From: Paragordius varius
Lineage: Eukaryota > Animalia > Nematomorpha
Reading direction: 5' to 3'
Assembly: GCA_964247055.1 (NCBI GenBank)
Contig: OZ176058.1
Span: 2,914,001 to 2,978,000, forward strand
Length of the DNA stretch: 64,000 nt
A program made the translations under genes and the position numbers. Below, one piece after another: positions 39,966 through 54,063 of this stretch. The notes beneath the pieces are model-generated. The model saw nothing but the letters and a program-made list of their open reading frames with translations. It did not search any database and had not been told where the DNA came from. Within the stretch, counting starts at the first letter, position 1. The number at the start of each line of letters is the position of its first letter.

Positions 39966-41104
39966 ATATTTCTTTTCTTTTTATAAAAACTGAAATCACA
40001 TAGTTCAATTGTAAATTTAAAATATATATAATATATAGATGGCCTATTTTTTCCTTCTCCGATAAGAAAATATCAAGAATTTTAGCTTATTTTGTAATTT
40101 TCATTCTATGCATATGATCAAAAAAAATTAAGTCAATAGCTTTTTCGATTTTATAATGTAAAATTTTCATGCATATATTTTAATATATTTTCATAAAATT
40201 TCTTATTATACATATTTGTTTGCACACTGTGTATTAATTTTTGGACCCAAATGTTCCTTTATATACACAAATTATACTTTAACCAAAGTTTTATAACAAT
40301 ACTTTTTAAAATAAACAAGACTTTTTTAATGAAAGATAAATATAAAATTTATTTTATAAGTGTGTTAAATTAACCCAATTAAAATACGAATATTCTGAAT
40401 CGATATAATTTAGCAAAAAAAATAATTTAACTCTTGCATTTTTATTACCATATGTGCTGTAATTTAAAGATGTTTTAATTTATGATCAATTAAGTTAGAT
40501 TGTTAAATTTTGCTTTTTCCGCTGATGTTGATATAATATCTATATGGAATATATATTCCAATAGTCGTATTTTTTTGGGGATTTATTACACAATTTTATA
40601 TAAAAAATATATTTTAGTCTTGATATATTGATTATAATTCATCGTTTTGGCGTGCCAATGAATATCTAAATTGGTAAAACACTTAAAAAAGGTAAAGGTA
40701 TGTTCTTAAAAAATTTGGTTGTCTTTTAGTTTTGACGTTTTTTCTAAAATTCATTTTTTAACACTTTATTACCTTTTAAGGTTTCTACCTAAGAGCGATT
40801 TTCAAATAAAATATATCTTAGAAACCATCTGTAATATTGGGCCAATTACAATATATACATTTTATGACCTATTAATCCAAAAAATGTCATTTAAAGATTA
40901 GGTACCCAAATATATTTTGTTTAATTGCTAAATAGTCAAATAAAAAGATATAATAAAAAATAATAAGATACTTAAGTTATTTACCTTGGATAGCTTTCTA
41001 AGACGAAAATCAATTATGGCTAAAAATTTATAATAAAATTAAAAATATGTATTTTATGGCTTTTTAAGTACATTTATATACAGTTTTAAGTCTCCTTTTT
41101 CCTT

Positions 41105-41260
41105 TTTGTTTAAGGGTAAGGACTTAAATTATATCCGGACTTGTGACGGCTTTAACATTCTCCTGCCCAGGGCTGACAGTGATGAAAAAATTGCGTAGTT
41201 CCGGGGTTCGAACTCTCGCACGTAGTGTAAGAGTCCGGTGCTCCTACTATACCAAGCGCA
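41105..41260 (-). mobile_element. tRNA-derived SINE
   Basis: Minus strand TGGTATAGTAGG...GAGTTCGAACC head, then a non-tRNA body ending AATTTAAGTCCT...AAACAAAAA shared with the 3453 copy. Confidence 0.7.
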
Positions 41261-41799
41261 TTATTTTGTAAAAATATTTTAATATATGTTTTAATCATTT
41301 TAAACTTTTTGACGCCGAATATTTTTTCAAATCATTAAATTATAATTAATTTTGACAGAAGATAAAAAAATTACAGTAAAAATTGAAATTATACGGACAA
41401 TTAAATATTTTTTTCCAAAAGACAATCATGCTTTATTAATCTTCCTAATCCTGATACAAGCTCTGATTCTCCTTCTATTAAGTAATAAGGTGCGTATTGA
41501 AAAACAACAAAACATTGAATAAACAAATTTTTCCCTTATTTTTTTCTAACTCTTGTGTAAATTGCTCAACTATAGTATGAAATAAGCTACCATTAAAATG
41601 CATACTGTGTTTATTTATTTTAATATTAATGTCTAATAGTATAACATAACATTATATCCCTAGTCGACCCAACCCCCGACGCAACTAAACGGCTGTCACT
41701 GAACCACCATTGACTCGTATATGTAAGGGCAGCAAGCAACGTCTTTTGTGGACAGTGGCGATGTGGGTCTGCTACACCCTGATAAAAATTATATCTTTT

Positions 41800-42060
41800 A
41801 TTTAAAAGTTTTTAATCTGCATTTCCTTTCTACCAGCCTAATCTAAAAATTCGAAAAACTATTCCCTTCACCAATGAAGGTAACAATAGTGTTGACTCCT
41901 AAGCTTTTTTGGCACGGTATTTATTGGCTTCAAAGTTATTTTAAAAATATTAAATTTTATCTATTCTCCATTTGATTGGTGAATGCATGCAGCCTTTTAT
42001 ATTTTTTAAGATTAGGCTGGTAGGAAGAAAATGGAGTTGAAAGCTTTGTAAATACTAATA
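41800..42060. mobile_element. Inverted-repeat element (MITE-like)
   Basis: TTTCTACCAGCCTAATCTAAAAA mirrored by TTTTAAGATTAGGCTGGTAGGAAGAAA. Confidence 0.5.
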
Positions 42061-42459
42061 ATTATTTTCACAAAATTTTTTTTAAAATTTAATAAAAGAG
42101 ATAATAGTGCTGGTAAATATTATTTATATTTTTCTAAATGCTTCTCATCTGATAAGCATAAATAGTTCATCAAATTGTGATGCAACTAGTTCTATAATTT
42201 AGGAAAATAATTTCATGATAACGATAGACAAATTTCTGCCATTCGAGTTTTTTAATTTTCTGATACCTACTTTCTTTTTAACATGAAACTAAATTTTACT
42301 ATTTCTCTAAAATTTGACTCTCTTATAATTATGCGCACTCTTAATCAACATTTTACTAGAAATATTTATTAAATATACAACAAATGATCATTAGTTATAT
42401 ATCATGGAAAAAGGAATGAAAACTCTATATACATAATATGTTTTACATCAATAAAGCGA

Positions 42460-42700
42460 CAAACCCGCGAAGCGAAGGCGTTTTTATTAATAAATATATT
42501 CTTAAAACTAATGGTGAAAATAGCTCATACTTTGTGTAAATGGCAATGAATGTCTAAAATAGGTAACACAAAAAAGTTTTTTTGATACTTAGTCATTTTT
42601 AATTTTTTGATTTATAAAAATTACCAGCGTATCAATATTAATTATTTTATTAGAAGGCTTATAATATTAAAATTTAGAGACCGATCATAAATAAAGTTAG
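42460..42700 (+). repeat. Dispersed repeat starting with a CGCGAAGCG hairpin; second copy inverted at about 27540-27830
   Basis: Shared TTAAAACTAATGG...AAAATAGCT...ATGAATGTC...TAACACAA. Confidence 0.55.
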
Positions 42701-44279
42701 GCATTCTTGATCTTTTACCCATTATGTAATAAATGTTTAGTTATAATCCATTTTACTATATAATAGACTTATTTTAATAATGAATTTATTAAAAAGCATA
42801 TTTCTATTCCAAAGCATTAGACTGAGTTAAGTGTGTGTTATTCCAATTAAATCGATCTTATAAATTCGAACATATAAGTTTGATTCAATGTTACAAAAGC
42901 ATTACAAATACTTTTGCTTCAGAAATTCCAATATGAAATAAATTAATTCATGTCGGTTGATAAAGAAATTGGGTTTTTTGTAATTTTTTTAAATGACCCA
43001 TGATTTTGTTGAAAACACTTTTGAATTAAGTTTAAATTAACTTGTAAAACATTAGTTGAATTATTATTAAAAAGCTTAAGATATTGTTAAATTTAATAGA
43101 ATTATATATTACACCATATTCTAAATTACAACGAGTATTGGTTTCCCAATTAAAATTTTTTTGTTACTAGGCCAGAGAAGGAGACATGTTCAGCTAAAAA
43201 AACTTAATTTTGATTGTTCTCTCATAATTTATAGAAAAATTTTTTAAAGCAATTTTTTTATAATTTTACAGTAATTATTAAAAAATTACGGACAAAAAAT
43301 AAAAGACGATTATTTTTGATAAAAAAAATTTTAACCTTGATTTAATATATTCAATTAGATATTCAAAAAACAAGAGTGTTACCATTTTATACCTCTATTT
43401 TTGCGACCAAATATGTTCGAACTAACAAAATGAAAGGGTAAGGTTGTCGTCAAGAAAAAATTTCAATTTTTTTAATTTTTACGTGTTGTCTGTATAATTT
43501 AATTTTTTACTATATGAATTTTTGTAAGTCCACGTTATTATAGATTTTAATATTGTTGATTATTTCCAAATCTTAAATATATATTTGGGAAGATGTTTTT
43601 TTATAATTAAATAATTAGATATTTTAAATATATCAAAAGTAGTAGGCAAATTAAATATAAAAAATAAATGTAAGATGAATTTATTTTATATGATAGTTTG
43701 ATATAATAATCGATAAAAAAATTTTAAAGACATTTTATTATAAACTATAGAAAATTTACAGATAAAACGTAAAAGAACAAATATTTTCTGCTAAAGGCCA
43801 TATTTTAAAAATTTTTTCAAAATTTGACTTATTGAAAAATAGTAAATAAAGATATTAATACACTTAATTAGATTATTTAAAATTATATATTTCATGGTGT
43901 GAAGCAAAAAATAAATATGAATTATATCTCATTCGATAGACAAACGCTTCAGGATAATGAATATCGAAATGATATATGGGGTTAAAATATAAGAAAAATA
44001 GTTATTTCAATTATTTTGTTGGCCAAAATAAAAAAATCGCATTTTTATCGCATATCAGGTCAAAATAAATTAAATACAATAGAAGAAAACGTATCAACTA
44101 ACTTTTATTTGTGTTAATATAGTACAAGAATAATTTTAAATGAAAATTTTATCAACAAAGATTTCACATTTTTTTGGATGGTTCCAGAAGGAGGCAAAAA
44201 TGGCACCTTATTTGAATGATAAAAACTTATTAATATTCGTAAAAGTTTTTAATTTATATTAAAAACATTATATATTGAT

Positions 44280-44726
44280 TCTATAAATAGAAATTACCCA
44301 ATATATCGCCTTCAAAAAAATCATGATTTATATTAAAAAGAAAATTTTTAGATAAATTTCATTAAAGCGGAAGCTGCGCATAATTTGTACAAAACATTCA
44401 AAATATATATTAAAATATTTCCCTACAATTCGATGCAGAAAAAAGATCTAACTCAGTTTTTTAATTTGGGGAATTTTTATGCCCTAAAGCCGGTAAAAGC
44501 CAAAATGATGCCGAAAATATAATATCAAGCTTTCCGGGTAAAAAATTCTTTAAATCGACTTGAGATGATAGATCTTTTTTCTACATCGAATTGCACAAAA
44601 AAATTTATAATAGAGATTGAATGTTTTGTATAAATTATGCACGGCTTCCGCTTTGGTCGAAAATTTTTTTATATAAAGCTTAAAATTTTTTGAAGGCGAT
44701 ATAATGGGTAATTGCTATGTATAGAG
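44280..44726. mobile_element. Long-TIR palindromic MITE
   Basis: About 170-bp imperfect inverted arms (ATTACCCAATATATCGCCTTCAAAAAA...AAAGCGGAAGC...CAATTCGATG vs their reverse complements). Confidence 0.75.
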
Positions 44727-45963
44727 TTAATGTATGATTCTTTTAACAAATATTCATCACCGCATATTAATAAGTTTTATGATTCAAATTTGACTACAAG
44801 CGATTTTATTCTTAAATATGTTTCTGGGACCTTCCGAAAAAATGCCAAATCTTTGTTAATGTTTTGTGTTTATAATTATCTTAGCTATATTAAATTAAAA
44901 TAGTTGGGTGTGCATCTATTGTATTTAATTATATTGACCCAATATGCAAAAAAATAATTACAATTTGTGATTTTGGTAATAACAGAAATATTGAATTTCC
45001 TTTTTTTTCTAGTATATTAACCGCGTATATAATTTCGATATTCATTATACTAAGGCTTTTAGCTATCAAATGATATATGAATCATTAACCTTTATTTTTA
45101 ATCCCCATTTTTGCTGCGCAATATAATATTTGTGGATAAAATCAAGATACAAAAAAATATATCAGTTTGAAAAATACTTGTTTAAGTTCTAACATATTCT
45201 CTGTATAACTTAATTTTACTTTAATTTAACCAGATATATAAAATCAACCTATAATAAACCTTTTAATCAGGCGTGCGGGAGGAATATTTAAATAAAATTC
45301 GCTTTTAACACTCTATACCTTCTGAATTAATTCACAAAAGAATTAATATTAATTACATTTTTAAATGAGCTTACAATGGCCCTTTAAGCTCATTATTAAA
45401 AATGCTTATCGTCCTATTTTTCGGTTGCAAAATATTTTGTTAAACTTTTGCTTCTGGATAATACTGGTTAATCTTTTTTAAATGGAATTGGTGCTATCTA
45501 AATTTTAGATCCAACTTACAATATTGTATATATTAAAACCTTTTTATTTTAAATTTTATAACGTTTTCATATTTTAGTCAAAATACTTTTGTGTTTTATA
45601 AGAGTGTGCTCTGGATTATTAATTACTCTAAAATTCATTCGTCATATATATACATTCAAAAGTTATGTATATGTAAAATTAAACAAAAACTTAAAATCAA
45701 GGCTAGTTAAAAAACTAATAGTCATTCATTTTTCGATACAAAATGCTTTGAATGGTTTAAATTCAAACTCCATATATTTTGGATCTAAAATGCGGTTCGG
45801 GAGATGTATTGATCTCTTTAGTAGATAAATATATATAAATATATCACCAAATATTTAATAGTATTGTAGTATATGGATATATTAACAACATGATCGGTAA
45901 AAAATCGTTTAAAATTCTAGAAGTTTCTAGAAAGAAAAAATTTTCAAGTTTTTAATGCCATTA

Positions 45964-47242
45964 TTATCCCATTAAAGCAAATCGAAAAATCTCATTAGCA
46001 ATGAGATAGGAAGCTCCGCCACGTTTCAGCAAAAATATGTGGATAAAAGGAAGCGAATTATCTGAGTTTTCCAGCTAAAATTATAGAGTAAAAAAATTAA
46101 AAAAATATTAGGTAAAACTAATATACTATATAGATTTTAAATAAGATAGCCATACTTATTAATACTGATTTTTTACAAAAACTATTGGCTATGGGAATAT
46201 AATAAAAGTATTTAAAAATAAGGGCTGTCTTTTTTAAAATTTACGTTTAATTTTCATATAATTTTAAATTGTAAAAATTTAAAAACAAAAAGTTAGTCAT
46301 ATTTTTTTAAAAACCTTATAGTTTTGGGTTGCATGCCTATAAGGATATAATTTGGCAACACATTAATTTGAATAAACATACATCAAAAATGCAATCATTT
46401 GGTGATCAGGTTAAAAAAGTTTGGATCATATAATAAAAAATACTTTTCTTTTTAGAATATCCCGTAAAAAACCGACATAACGTAAAAAAGAGATAAAGCT
46501 TCTTATAGACAATTATACAGTTAACCTTAACATCAAATATATATGCACCTTTTTGCATCCAAAAACAATAGGTTATATATAATTTCAAGGTTATGAAAAG
46601 TATGGTTATCTTTAAGAAATATGTCTCTTTTTTAGTATTTAGGTTTGGTTTTGTATTTTAATTTTTACTGTAGTAATTTAGAAGTAAACGTAAATACCTT
46701 TAAAGAACCCCCGACTACTATTGTAATATCCTCAGGCATAACAATTTGAACGTCCATAAATTTAACATCGGGTGCATATTTTGGAATAGTCTATGAAATT
46801 AAAAATAAAAAATTCAATTAAATTTGGTTTACACTATAAATTATCAATAAATTTAATAGAGAAATATTTTTATTTTGTTAAAGGCTAAATTAATAAAATT
46901 TAGGAATAACTACTGTTTAAGACTATCATTTACCATTTTATTATGACATAAATATATATAATTTGTATACGCTAAGTTTGGATTGAATATCATTTAAGCC
47001 ATAAAAGCTATTTCCTTCGTATGTCAAAACAGATTCGGGTGTCTATAATTAATATATATTAGGCATTTTTATAAATCTAAAAAAAATATGCAAATTTTAT
47101 ATTCATAAAAAATAAAAAAACTTTTTACATATAAAGATTTTAAATTTTCCGGGTTGGTAGCAGCATTGGTGTAGTAACAACGTACAAATTGTTCTCCGAT
47201 TTGCTTAACCTGTTCATGAGCGGATGCCGCATTCATAGCCAT
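45964..47242 (-). CDS. NTF2-family protein (nuclear transport factor 2-like, divergent), 129 aa, 4 exons: 47242-47129, 47042-46971, 46790-46698, 46074-45964
   Basis: Four phase-0 GT-AG exons give MAMNAASAHEQVKQIGEQFVRCYY...LKSLY-TPESVLTYEGNSFYGLNDIQSKLS-TIPKY...IVVGGSLK-LENSDNSLPFIHIFLLKRGGASYLIANEIFRFALMG*. This parallels NTF2 (IGxxFxxxYY, LTwEG, GxLK, FxxxFLLK, NdxFR) in motif order and length. It is absent from the ORF track. Confidence 0.85.
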
Positions 47243-48652
47243 GTGGTTTAAAAAAGAGTGAGCTTATGATTTGCGTATGATATAAAATATGTGACTAATA
47301 CTAATTCATGGTTTTATAGTATAATATAATTGCAGATAACATTGATTTCACATAAAGTATAGTAAGGTGAATATTATTATATGCTATAAGTTAAGCCTTC
47401 CGCGATAGATGTTAGGAAGCAAGGGACGTATTTTGGTAAGATAACGACATATCTCCTAAAACCTTTTCTTGATTCAACTTAATTATTTCCCAAATTTTAT
47501 AATATAGTATTTAATTCATATAATAAAATTGCTGTTTCGGGATACCGCAGTCATATGGATATTTCTAAATCAGCCAAAATTATACAACTTCCTTTAAAAT
47601 TAATAATTATCGGAAACCTGTTGTCAAAATATGTCCCATATTATAATTTTAATATATTTTTTAAAACGTAGTATTTTCAATAGCCCAGAATGATTGCTCC
47701 CTTTATAAAATAAACCCCTCTGTCCAGCCCCCGTAAAAATGTTTTTTTGAACAATTGTTGTTTTTGGCACAGGAGTCCGCAAAATGTATGGGCCAATCAA
47801 TTTTAGTTATTAATTATTGTAATTGATGCTGAAAATGATTAAGCTATGCTTTTAGCCCGTCGATTACGTCCCGCTCGTGTTTTTTTACGATAATATTGGT
47901 TTTAAAATTTTGCTCTTAAACGGCCTATAGGTTATATTTTATCCCCATACAAATGCGCCGCAAGCGAGTGAGCCGTAATGTTCCGTTTGTTATACCTACC
48001 GTAAGAAACTATATAAAATATTAACAAAGCATTTTCCTACTAAAACATATCCTTTATGAATTTAGCAGTGATAATAATTAAAAATAAAAAGTTAAGCTTG
48101 ATTTGGAAATTAGTTGGATAACACAGTGTCCCAAATCCAAAAAGGGTGGTAGAAAAAATGTGAATTATATACTGATCGGAAATGTGTTAGATAATCAGGA
48201 TGCTTTTGTTCTGGTTTTTACGATTAATTTAAAAAAATTTGAAATTTTGTTTAACTGGTTTTTATTAGAAAATGGTAACATATGTGCACATTTTGAAATA
48301 TTTGCTGAAAATGCATTCCAATAATTACCACTAAAATATATTATAAACTGCGTAGAAGAAGCAAAAAAGGTATTGAATACTTTATTTTAAATATGGACTC
48401 CAGAAAGTCCCAATTTTTTTGCTATTCTAAAATGGGCTAGTTATTTTAAAATACACTAAATGGCGAGATTGCATGAAAAAACTAGAATGGGATGAATTTT
48501 GACATCAATCAGAGTGTTTTCTTAAATATTATAGTGTTCATTAATTTAAGGCAAAATATAGGTGAAGCGAGTTTTATGGAACTACTAAGCATGGTGGAAG
48601 CGGTGTAAAAACATCTCTTAATAATTCTACTACCCAGAATTTTGATTTATTA

Positions 48653-49492
48653 TACAGTGTAAACAAAAAAAACCTGATGAAAAATATATACTCTGATAGA
48701 AAAATGTATAATGATTATCATGGTGATTTTAATTATGGCCCTTTAAATTTAATTTTCACCTTTGTGGACTCCTACATATCAGAACATGACAAAATTTAAG
48801 CACATTTTTTGTATATTTTTTTGATGAAAACTTACTGCTTCATTCCAAAAAAATATCACTAAAATATATCAAATTACATAAAAAGAAATATTTTAATAAT
48901 ATTTTATAATTTAGTGGGTTCCGTAACTCCCAAACTTTTTTGCTCTTCAAAGGGGTAGTTTTTTTAAAATCAACGCAAAAACCCGGGATCGGGCGATAAA
49001 ATTTTACATATATGCTTCGTCAAAAAAATATTTTTTAAATGATGCGTACTTTTTACATAAATTTAATTTTTAGCTTTGTTGAAGCATACTTCATTCTTTT
49101 GGCATGATGAAAACTATATTAAACGATTTTTTTATAAAAATTTTCTATATAACTTGATAATGCCGAACATTTGCTTCAGAATTTTTAGTTAAGGGTTTGT
49201 TACCTTCAAATTTTGGTAAATTTCATAAAAACTCAATTGATATTGACATATAATTAAGACAAACGATTATTGTATTCAGAATTTTGAGGTAATAGAAAGG
49301 TTTATTAAATTATTAAAAGTGTTTTTTAAAATATCTAAAAGTTTTTATACCGTGTCCATCATGCCCAATAACAAAATTTTGCTAAAAATAAATAAATCAC
49401 GCATAAGGGCTAAAACCCAAGCACCATGATAACCCTATTTTTCTATCATATATATTTCATCATGTTATTTTTAATGGACACGGTCTACTTCT
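48653..49492. mobile_element. Copy of the GATTATCATGGT family
   Basis: TACAGTGT...GATTATCATGGTG...GGCCCTTT at the left and AAGGGCT...CACCATGATAACC...GGACACGGTCTA at the right. Confidence 0.6.
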
Positions 49493-49985
49493 TAATCGGA
49501 TAGAAGCAAAAAGATTTTCATAATATCAATTTAATTATGGTTGGTTGCGAATTGCCCCCATTTGAATTAAAATGTTTAGAACCTCAAGTGAAACAACTGA
49601 TTTACCATAGTCGCAAAAATAATTTTGTAATTTTAAACTTTGACGCAACTTTTCCGGAGAGCCTGTGAAAAGGCCATCTTACTAAAATGCATTTGAGATT
49701 TATAGTTATGCGACTGCGCAATGCCGCATTCATAAGCGATTTTACGGATTGAAAACCCAATTCCTTGTATAAAGCTGAAAATAAGAAATTAATAAGCCAA
49801 TCATGCTTTTTACCGCAAAATGAACTAATTAATTATATAGTATTTTATTAACAGAAGGCAAATTCCACATGTATTGCGTTTTTGATGTTAATTTCTTTAG
49901 TTAATGAACACTTTGTGACCTTTATAATGGTATCATCTGGGCCATTAAAAATTTATATATATTATATTTTTAGCATATGGTTAAA

Positions 49986-52610
49986 CCTAACACTTTGATT
50001 CAAATTGGGGTATCTAAATACCCCATACTAAATTTAAATTATGATTTTTAAAAAACTACTGAAGGAAACGGTTTTAGTTTAAATATATGCTTCTATCCTA
50101 ATAAAAATTATTAAATATGCCAAAATATCTAAATAAAATTTTGTGTTAAAAAAAAAGTCCCATGTCAAACTACTTCGACGCCATTTTTATTTTGCAAAAT
50201 ATCGTCTTCATTTAATTTTAACACTTGCATGCAACACACTCATTTTAGTCCTTCAATTCAAATTGGGGTAGTTGGATACCCCAGGCCTGTTTAAAATTAA
50301 ATACTTTAAAAAGTATGGAAGCAATCGAAACCATGGCAAAATTTTGCACTTCTATATCATTAATAACCGAAATATAAAAAATTTTATTCAAAAATACTTG
50401 ATATTACTTATTTTGAGCTAAAACCGAAAGGTTAAAATTTAGTCAACGTGACATGTGTTAAATTGTAAAATTAAATAATAATACATAATAAACCGCTATT
50501 TCTATTTCTATCAATGTTAGATGTAATATGTATAAAAAATAAGCTTTAGTTTTACCCTTAAAATTAAATGAAGACGATATTTTGCAAAATTTTTGTAAAA
50601 TAAAAATGGCATCGAAGTAGTTTGAGATGGAACTTTTTTCAAAACAAAATTTTATCAAGATATTTTGGCATATTTATATAATATTTGTCAGGATAGAAGC
50701 ATAAATTTGAATTGGGACCGTTTCCTTCAGTAGTTTTTTAAAAATTTTAATTTAAATTTAGTCTGGGGTATTTAGATACCCCAAATTGAATCGAAGTGTT
50801 AAGGGTAAAATTAGAAATTTTTTATTTAAATTACATCTAATATTGATAGAAATAGAAAAAGCGGTTTCGTTTGTTTTATTTTTTAATTTTAGCATTGCAC
50901 ACATGTCACGTTGACTAAAAACCTTTACTTTTCGGTTCTGGCTTAAAATAAATAATATCAAGTTTTGAATAAAATTTATAAATTTCGGTTTATTAATGTT
51001 ATATAAGTGCCAAATTTTGCCATGGTTTTGATTCCTTTCATATTTTTAAAGAATTTAATTTTAAACAGACCTGGGGTATTTAACTACCCCAATTTAAATC
51101 TAAAGACCTGAATATCTTGTATCCAAGTGTTAAAACATGTCTTTTCAGTTTAGGCGCATGATATTAAAATTTTTTAACAAATGTTAAATAGTTAACACTT
51201 GGATACAACACATCCATTTCAGTCCTTCGATTCAAATTGGGGTAGTTAGATACCCCAGGCCTGTTATTAAATAATTCAAAAAATATGGAATAAATTGAAA
51301 TATTGGCAAAAATTTGCACATACATCAATGAACTGAAATATATATACAAAAATTTATTCAAAAATACTTGATATTACTTATAGTTTAATAAAACCTCAAG
51401 AAAAAAATTTGGTCAACATGACATGTGTGCACAGGCTAAATTAAAAAGTAATACAAAATAAACCACTTTTTCTGTTTCTATCAATGTTACATACAATTTA
51501 AAAGAAAATTAGCTTTCATTTTACCTTTAAAATTAAATAAACAAATATTTTGCAAAAGTTTAAAATAATGGCGTCGTAGTTTGATATGGAAGTTTTTTAA
51601 AACCAATTTTTTTAGATAATTCGGCTTATCCAGATAATTTTAATTGGATAAGCATAAATTTAATTTGGGATCGTTTCGTACAGTGCTATTTAAAAAATAT
51701 CAACTTAAATATAGTCTGGGGTATTTAAATACCCCAATTTAAATCGAAGTGTGAATAAATTATCATCTCCTATTTTGCCGCCATTTTTTTAAAATTTCTT
51801 AATATACAACACAAAATTGTATTATTTTGGTTAAAATGTAATAATTTTATTGTAAAATTCTAATTGTAGCAAATTCTGGATATTTATTTTATCAGCTGTT
51901 TATTTGAATGTCGTCTTTTAGATGTGACTTTGGGACTCTAGAAAAAAGGGATATGCTTGTTTTTTTATCTAATATAGGGAAGAGAGTTCGATAATATTTA
52001 ACAACATTTTCATAAGAGTCCTTTGTTTTTTCCCCTTACTGATATTTTATGATTTTTATAAATAAATAAAATTAAATGGCTTGACCCTTAGAATCCATAT
52101 TTTAGATTTGGAATACTTCGATTCCAATTGGGGTATCTAAATATCCCGGACAAAAAGTTTATATTTTTTAAAACTATTCAAAGAAACGGTTACAATTTAA
52201 ATTTATGCTCTATCCTAATATAATTATATAAAAAAGCTGAAATATCTAAATAAAATTTAAAAAAAAATTCGTATTAAACTACTTGGACGTTTATTTTACA
52301 ATATTTTTGCAAAATATCGTGTGTATTTTATTCTAAGCCTAAAACTAACTTTTCTTTTATATTTAAACAAACAGAAAAGGTGGTATATTTTATTTTTTTT
52401 ATTTAGCTTATGCATACATGTCATAAAATAGCTTTTGGTTTTACATCAAGTAATATCAAGTAATTTTGAATGAACTTTTCGTTATCAGTTGATTAGTGTT
52501 ATATAAGTGCAAAGTTTTGCCATGGGTTTCAATTTTATTTGTTGAAATATTTAAGCCTAGGGTATCCAACACCTCATTTTGAATTAAAAGTCTAAAATAT
52601 CCCAGTGTTA
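49986..52610. mobile_element. Cluster of four about 560-580 bp TTAA MITEs of the same family, one nested in another
   Basis: Plus copy 50222-50798 flanked by TTAA at 50218-50221 and 50799-50802, inside a minus copy (about 49990-51129). Further copies at 51196-51751 (+) and about 52110-52607 (-). Confidence 0.85.
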
Positions 52611-54019
52611 ATATCATAGTCAACATCATTTGTAATCTAACATACATCTTTTTTTACATACTACTTAACATATGGATCCAAGTATCCAGCCCTGATACTG
52701 GTACTGAAAATCTAATAAGCGATGTTTCGTTTTACTAATTTTAAATTTGGTCTACAAATTGCATTTATGGTATAATTTTTGTGTTAATTTTAGTGTTTAA
52801 ATACCTGTATCCTTACCCTTTTATATATTATCAATTCAAAATATTTGGCTACACCGATTGGACCATACTTTAGAATCTATATATTTATTTTAACATTTAC
52901 ACTGCTCTACAATGCAATCTCATGTATCTCTCAACATTTTTTCAAAATCAATGAAAGATTGGATCCAAAATTCAGCATTTTAAAATTAGTATATTATTTA
53001 TAATTTTTAGGACTTTATATTTTATAGCGTTTGCATGATCACATATCTAGTAATATCTCCTAGTCTTATTGGATTATTATCGTATTATCATCCATATTTT
53101 AAAACAATCTCGAAAGATAGAAATCTCTTTAGAGTATTGCTTTTTAGTGCAGTGAGTTTTTTAAAATATTAGTTTAAAAATATATGTTTTTTAAAAAAAT
53201 CAAACAATTACAATTTATGATACAATTTATATTTCTAGGTTTAAATTAGAGTTATTTATTTACCATGTCTTTAAAATTGATTTGCTAAATTAATAAACAT
53301 AGATAATTTATAATAAAATTGCATAAATCTTTTCTTAAGTTATTAATACAAGGTTCAATAATACAATTTTCCTGTAATTTTTTAGTGCATTAAGTATTTT
53401 TGAAATTTTTGTAACACTGAGATGTGTAAATTATACAATCAATATATAAGATATTTTTATGATATTATTTAAATATCAAAATAATGATATGTATTTATTA
53501 GGTTAAACCTTAAAGTTATTTTGAAATTATATGTATCAATATTGTAAATGCATTTTTTGTTCAAATTATTTTTGAAATATAGAAAAAATAAAGGTAAATT
53601 TTTGATATATTGGAATTTTTTCTTAAGGGTATTTAGGTGCATAATTACAATGATATAAGGTATAAAATAGTTCGTTTTTAAATTAATATTATGAAATTAG
53701 ATTAAATTAATAAAAAAATATTTTTATATTTTAAGATATTTTCTTAAATTCAAACATATTATATAAATTTAATTTGATTAATTTTCTACTTGAAGATATA
53801 GTTAAAATTAAGTTCTTGGTGAGGTTATTATTAAATATTAATTTATTCCGTTTATAACGTAAAAATTAAAGTAGATATTTTCATAACTTGATATTTTTAT
53901 TTATGATTACAGTACCAATTAAAATTAAAAAGACAAAACGTAAAAAATAATTATAGTTTGATTTTTAATATAAATTTTTTTTAGATGTAAGGAATAAAGG
54001 TGTAAGTTGGTCCGCACTC

Positions 54020-54063
<44 letters not shown>

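Noticed and set aside
38330-40901. Short open frames with splice-like borders (IKLIHRMQ... near 38330; RFLPKSDF... near 40770)
   Set aside because: Frames of 30-40 codons of this kind are expected by chance, with no homology or linkable phases.
41195-41260. Functional tRNA gene
   Set aside because: No convincing acceptor stem or cloverleaf, and it continues into a SINE body shared with another copy.
49705-49730. 14-bp match ATGCCGCATTCATA to the NTF2 start region as an exon echo
   Set aside because: It lies within a dispersed repeat also seen at about 37935-38060, so it is probably coincidental.
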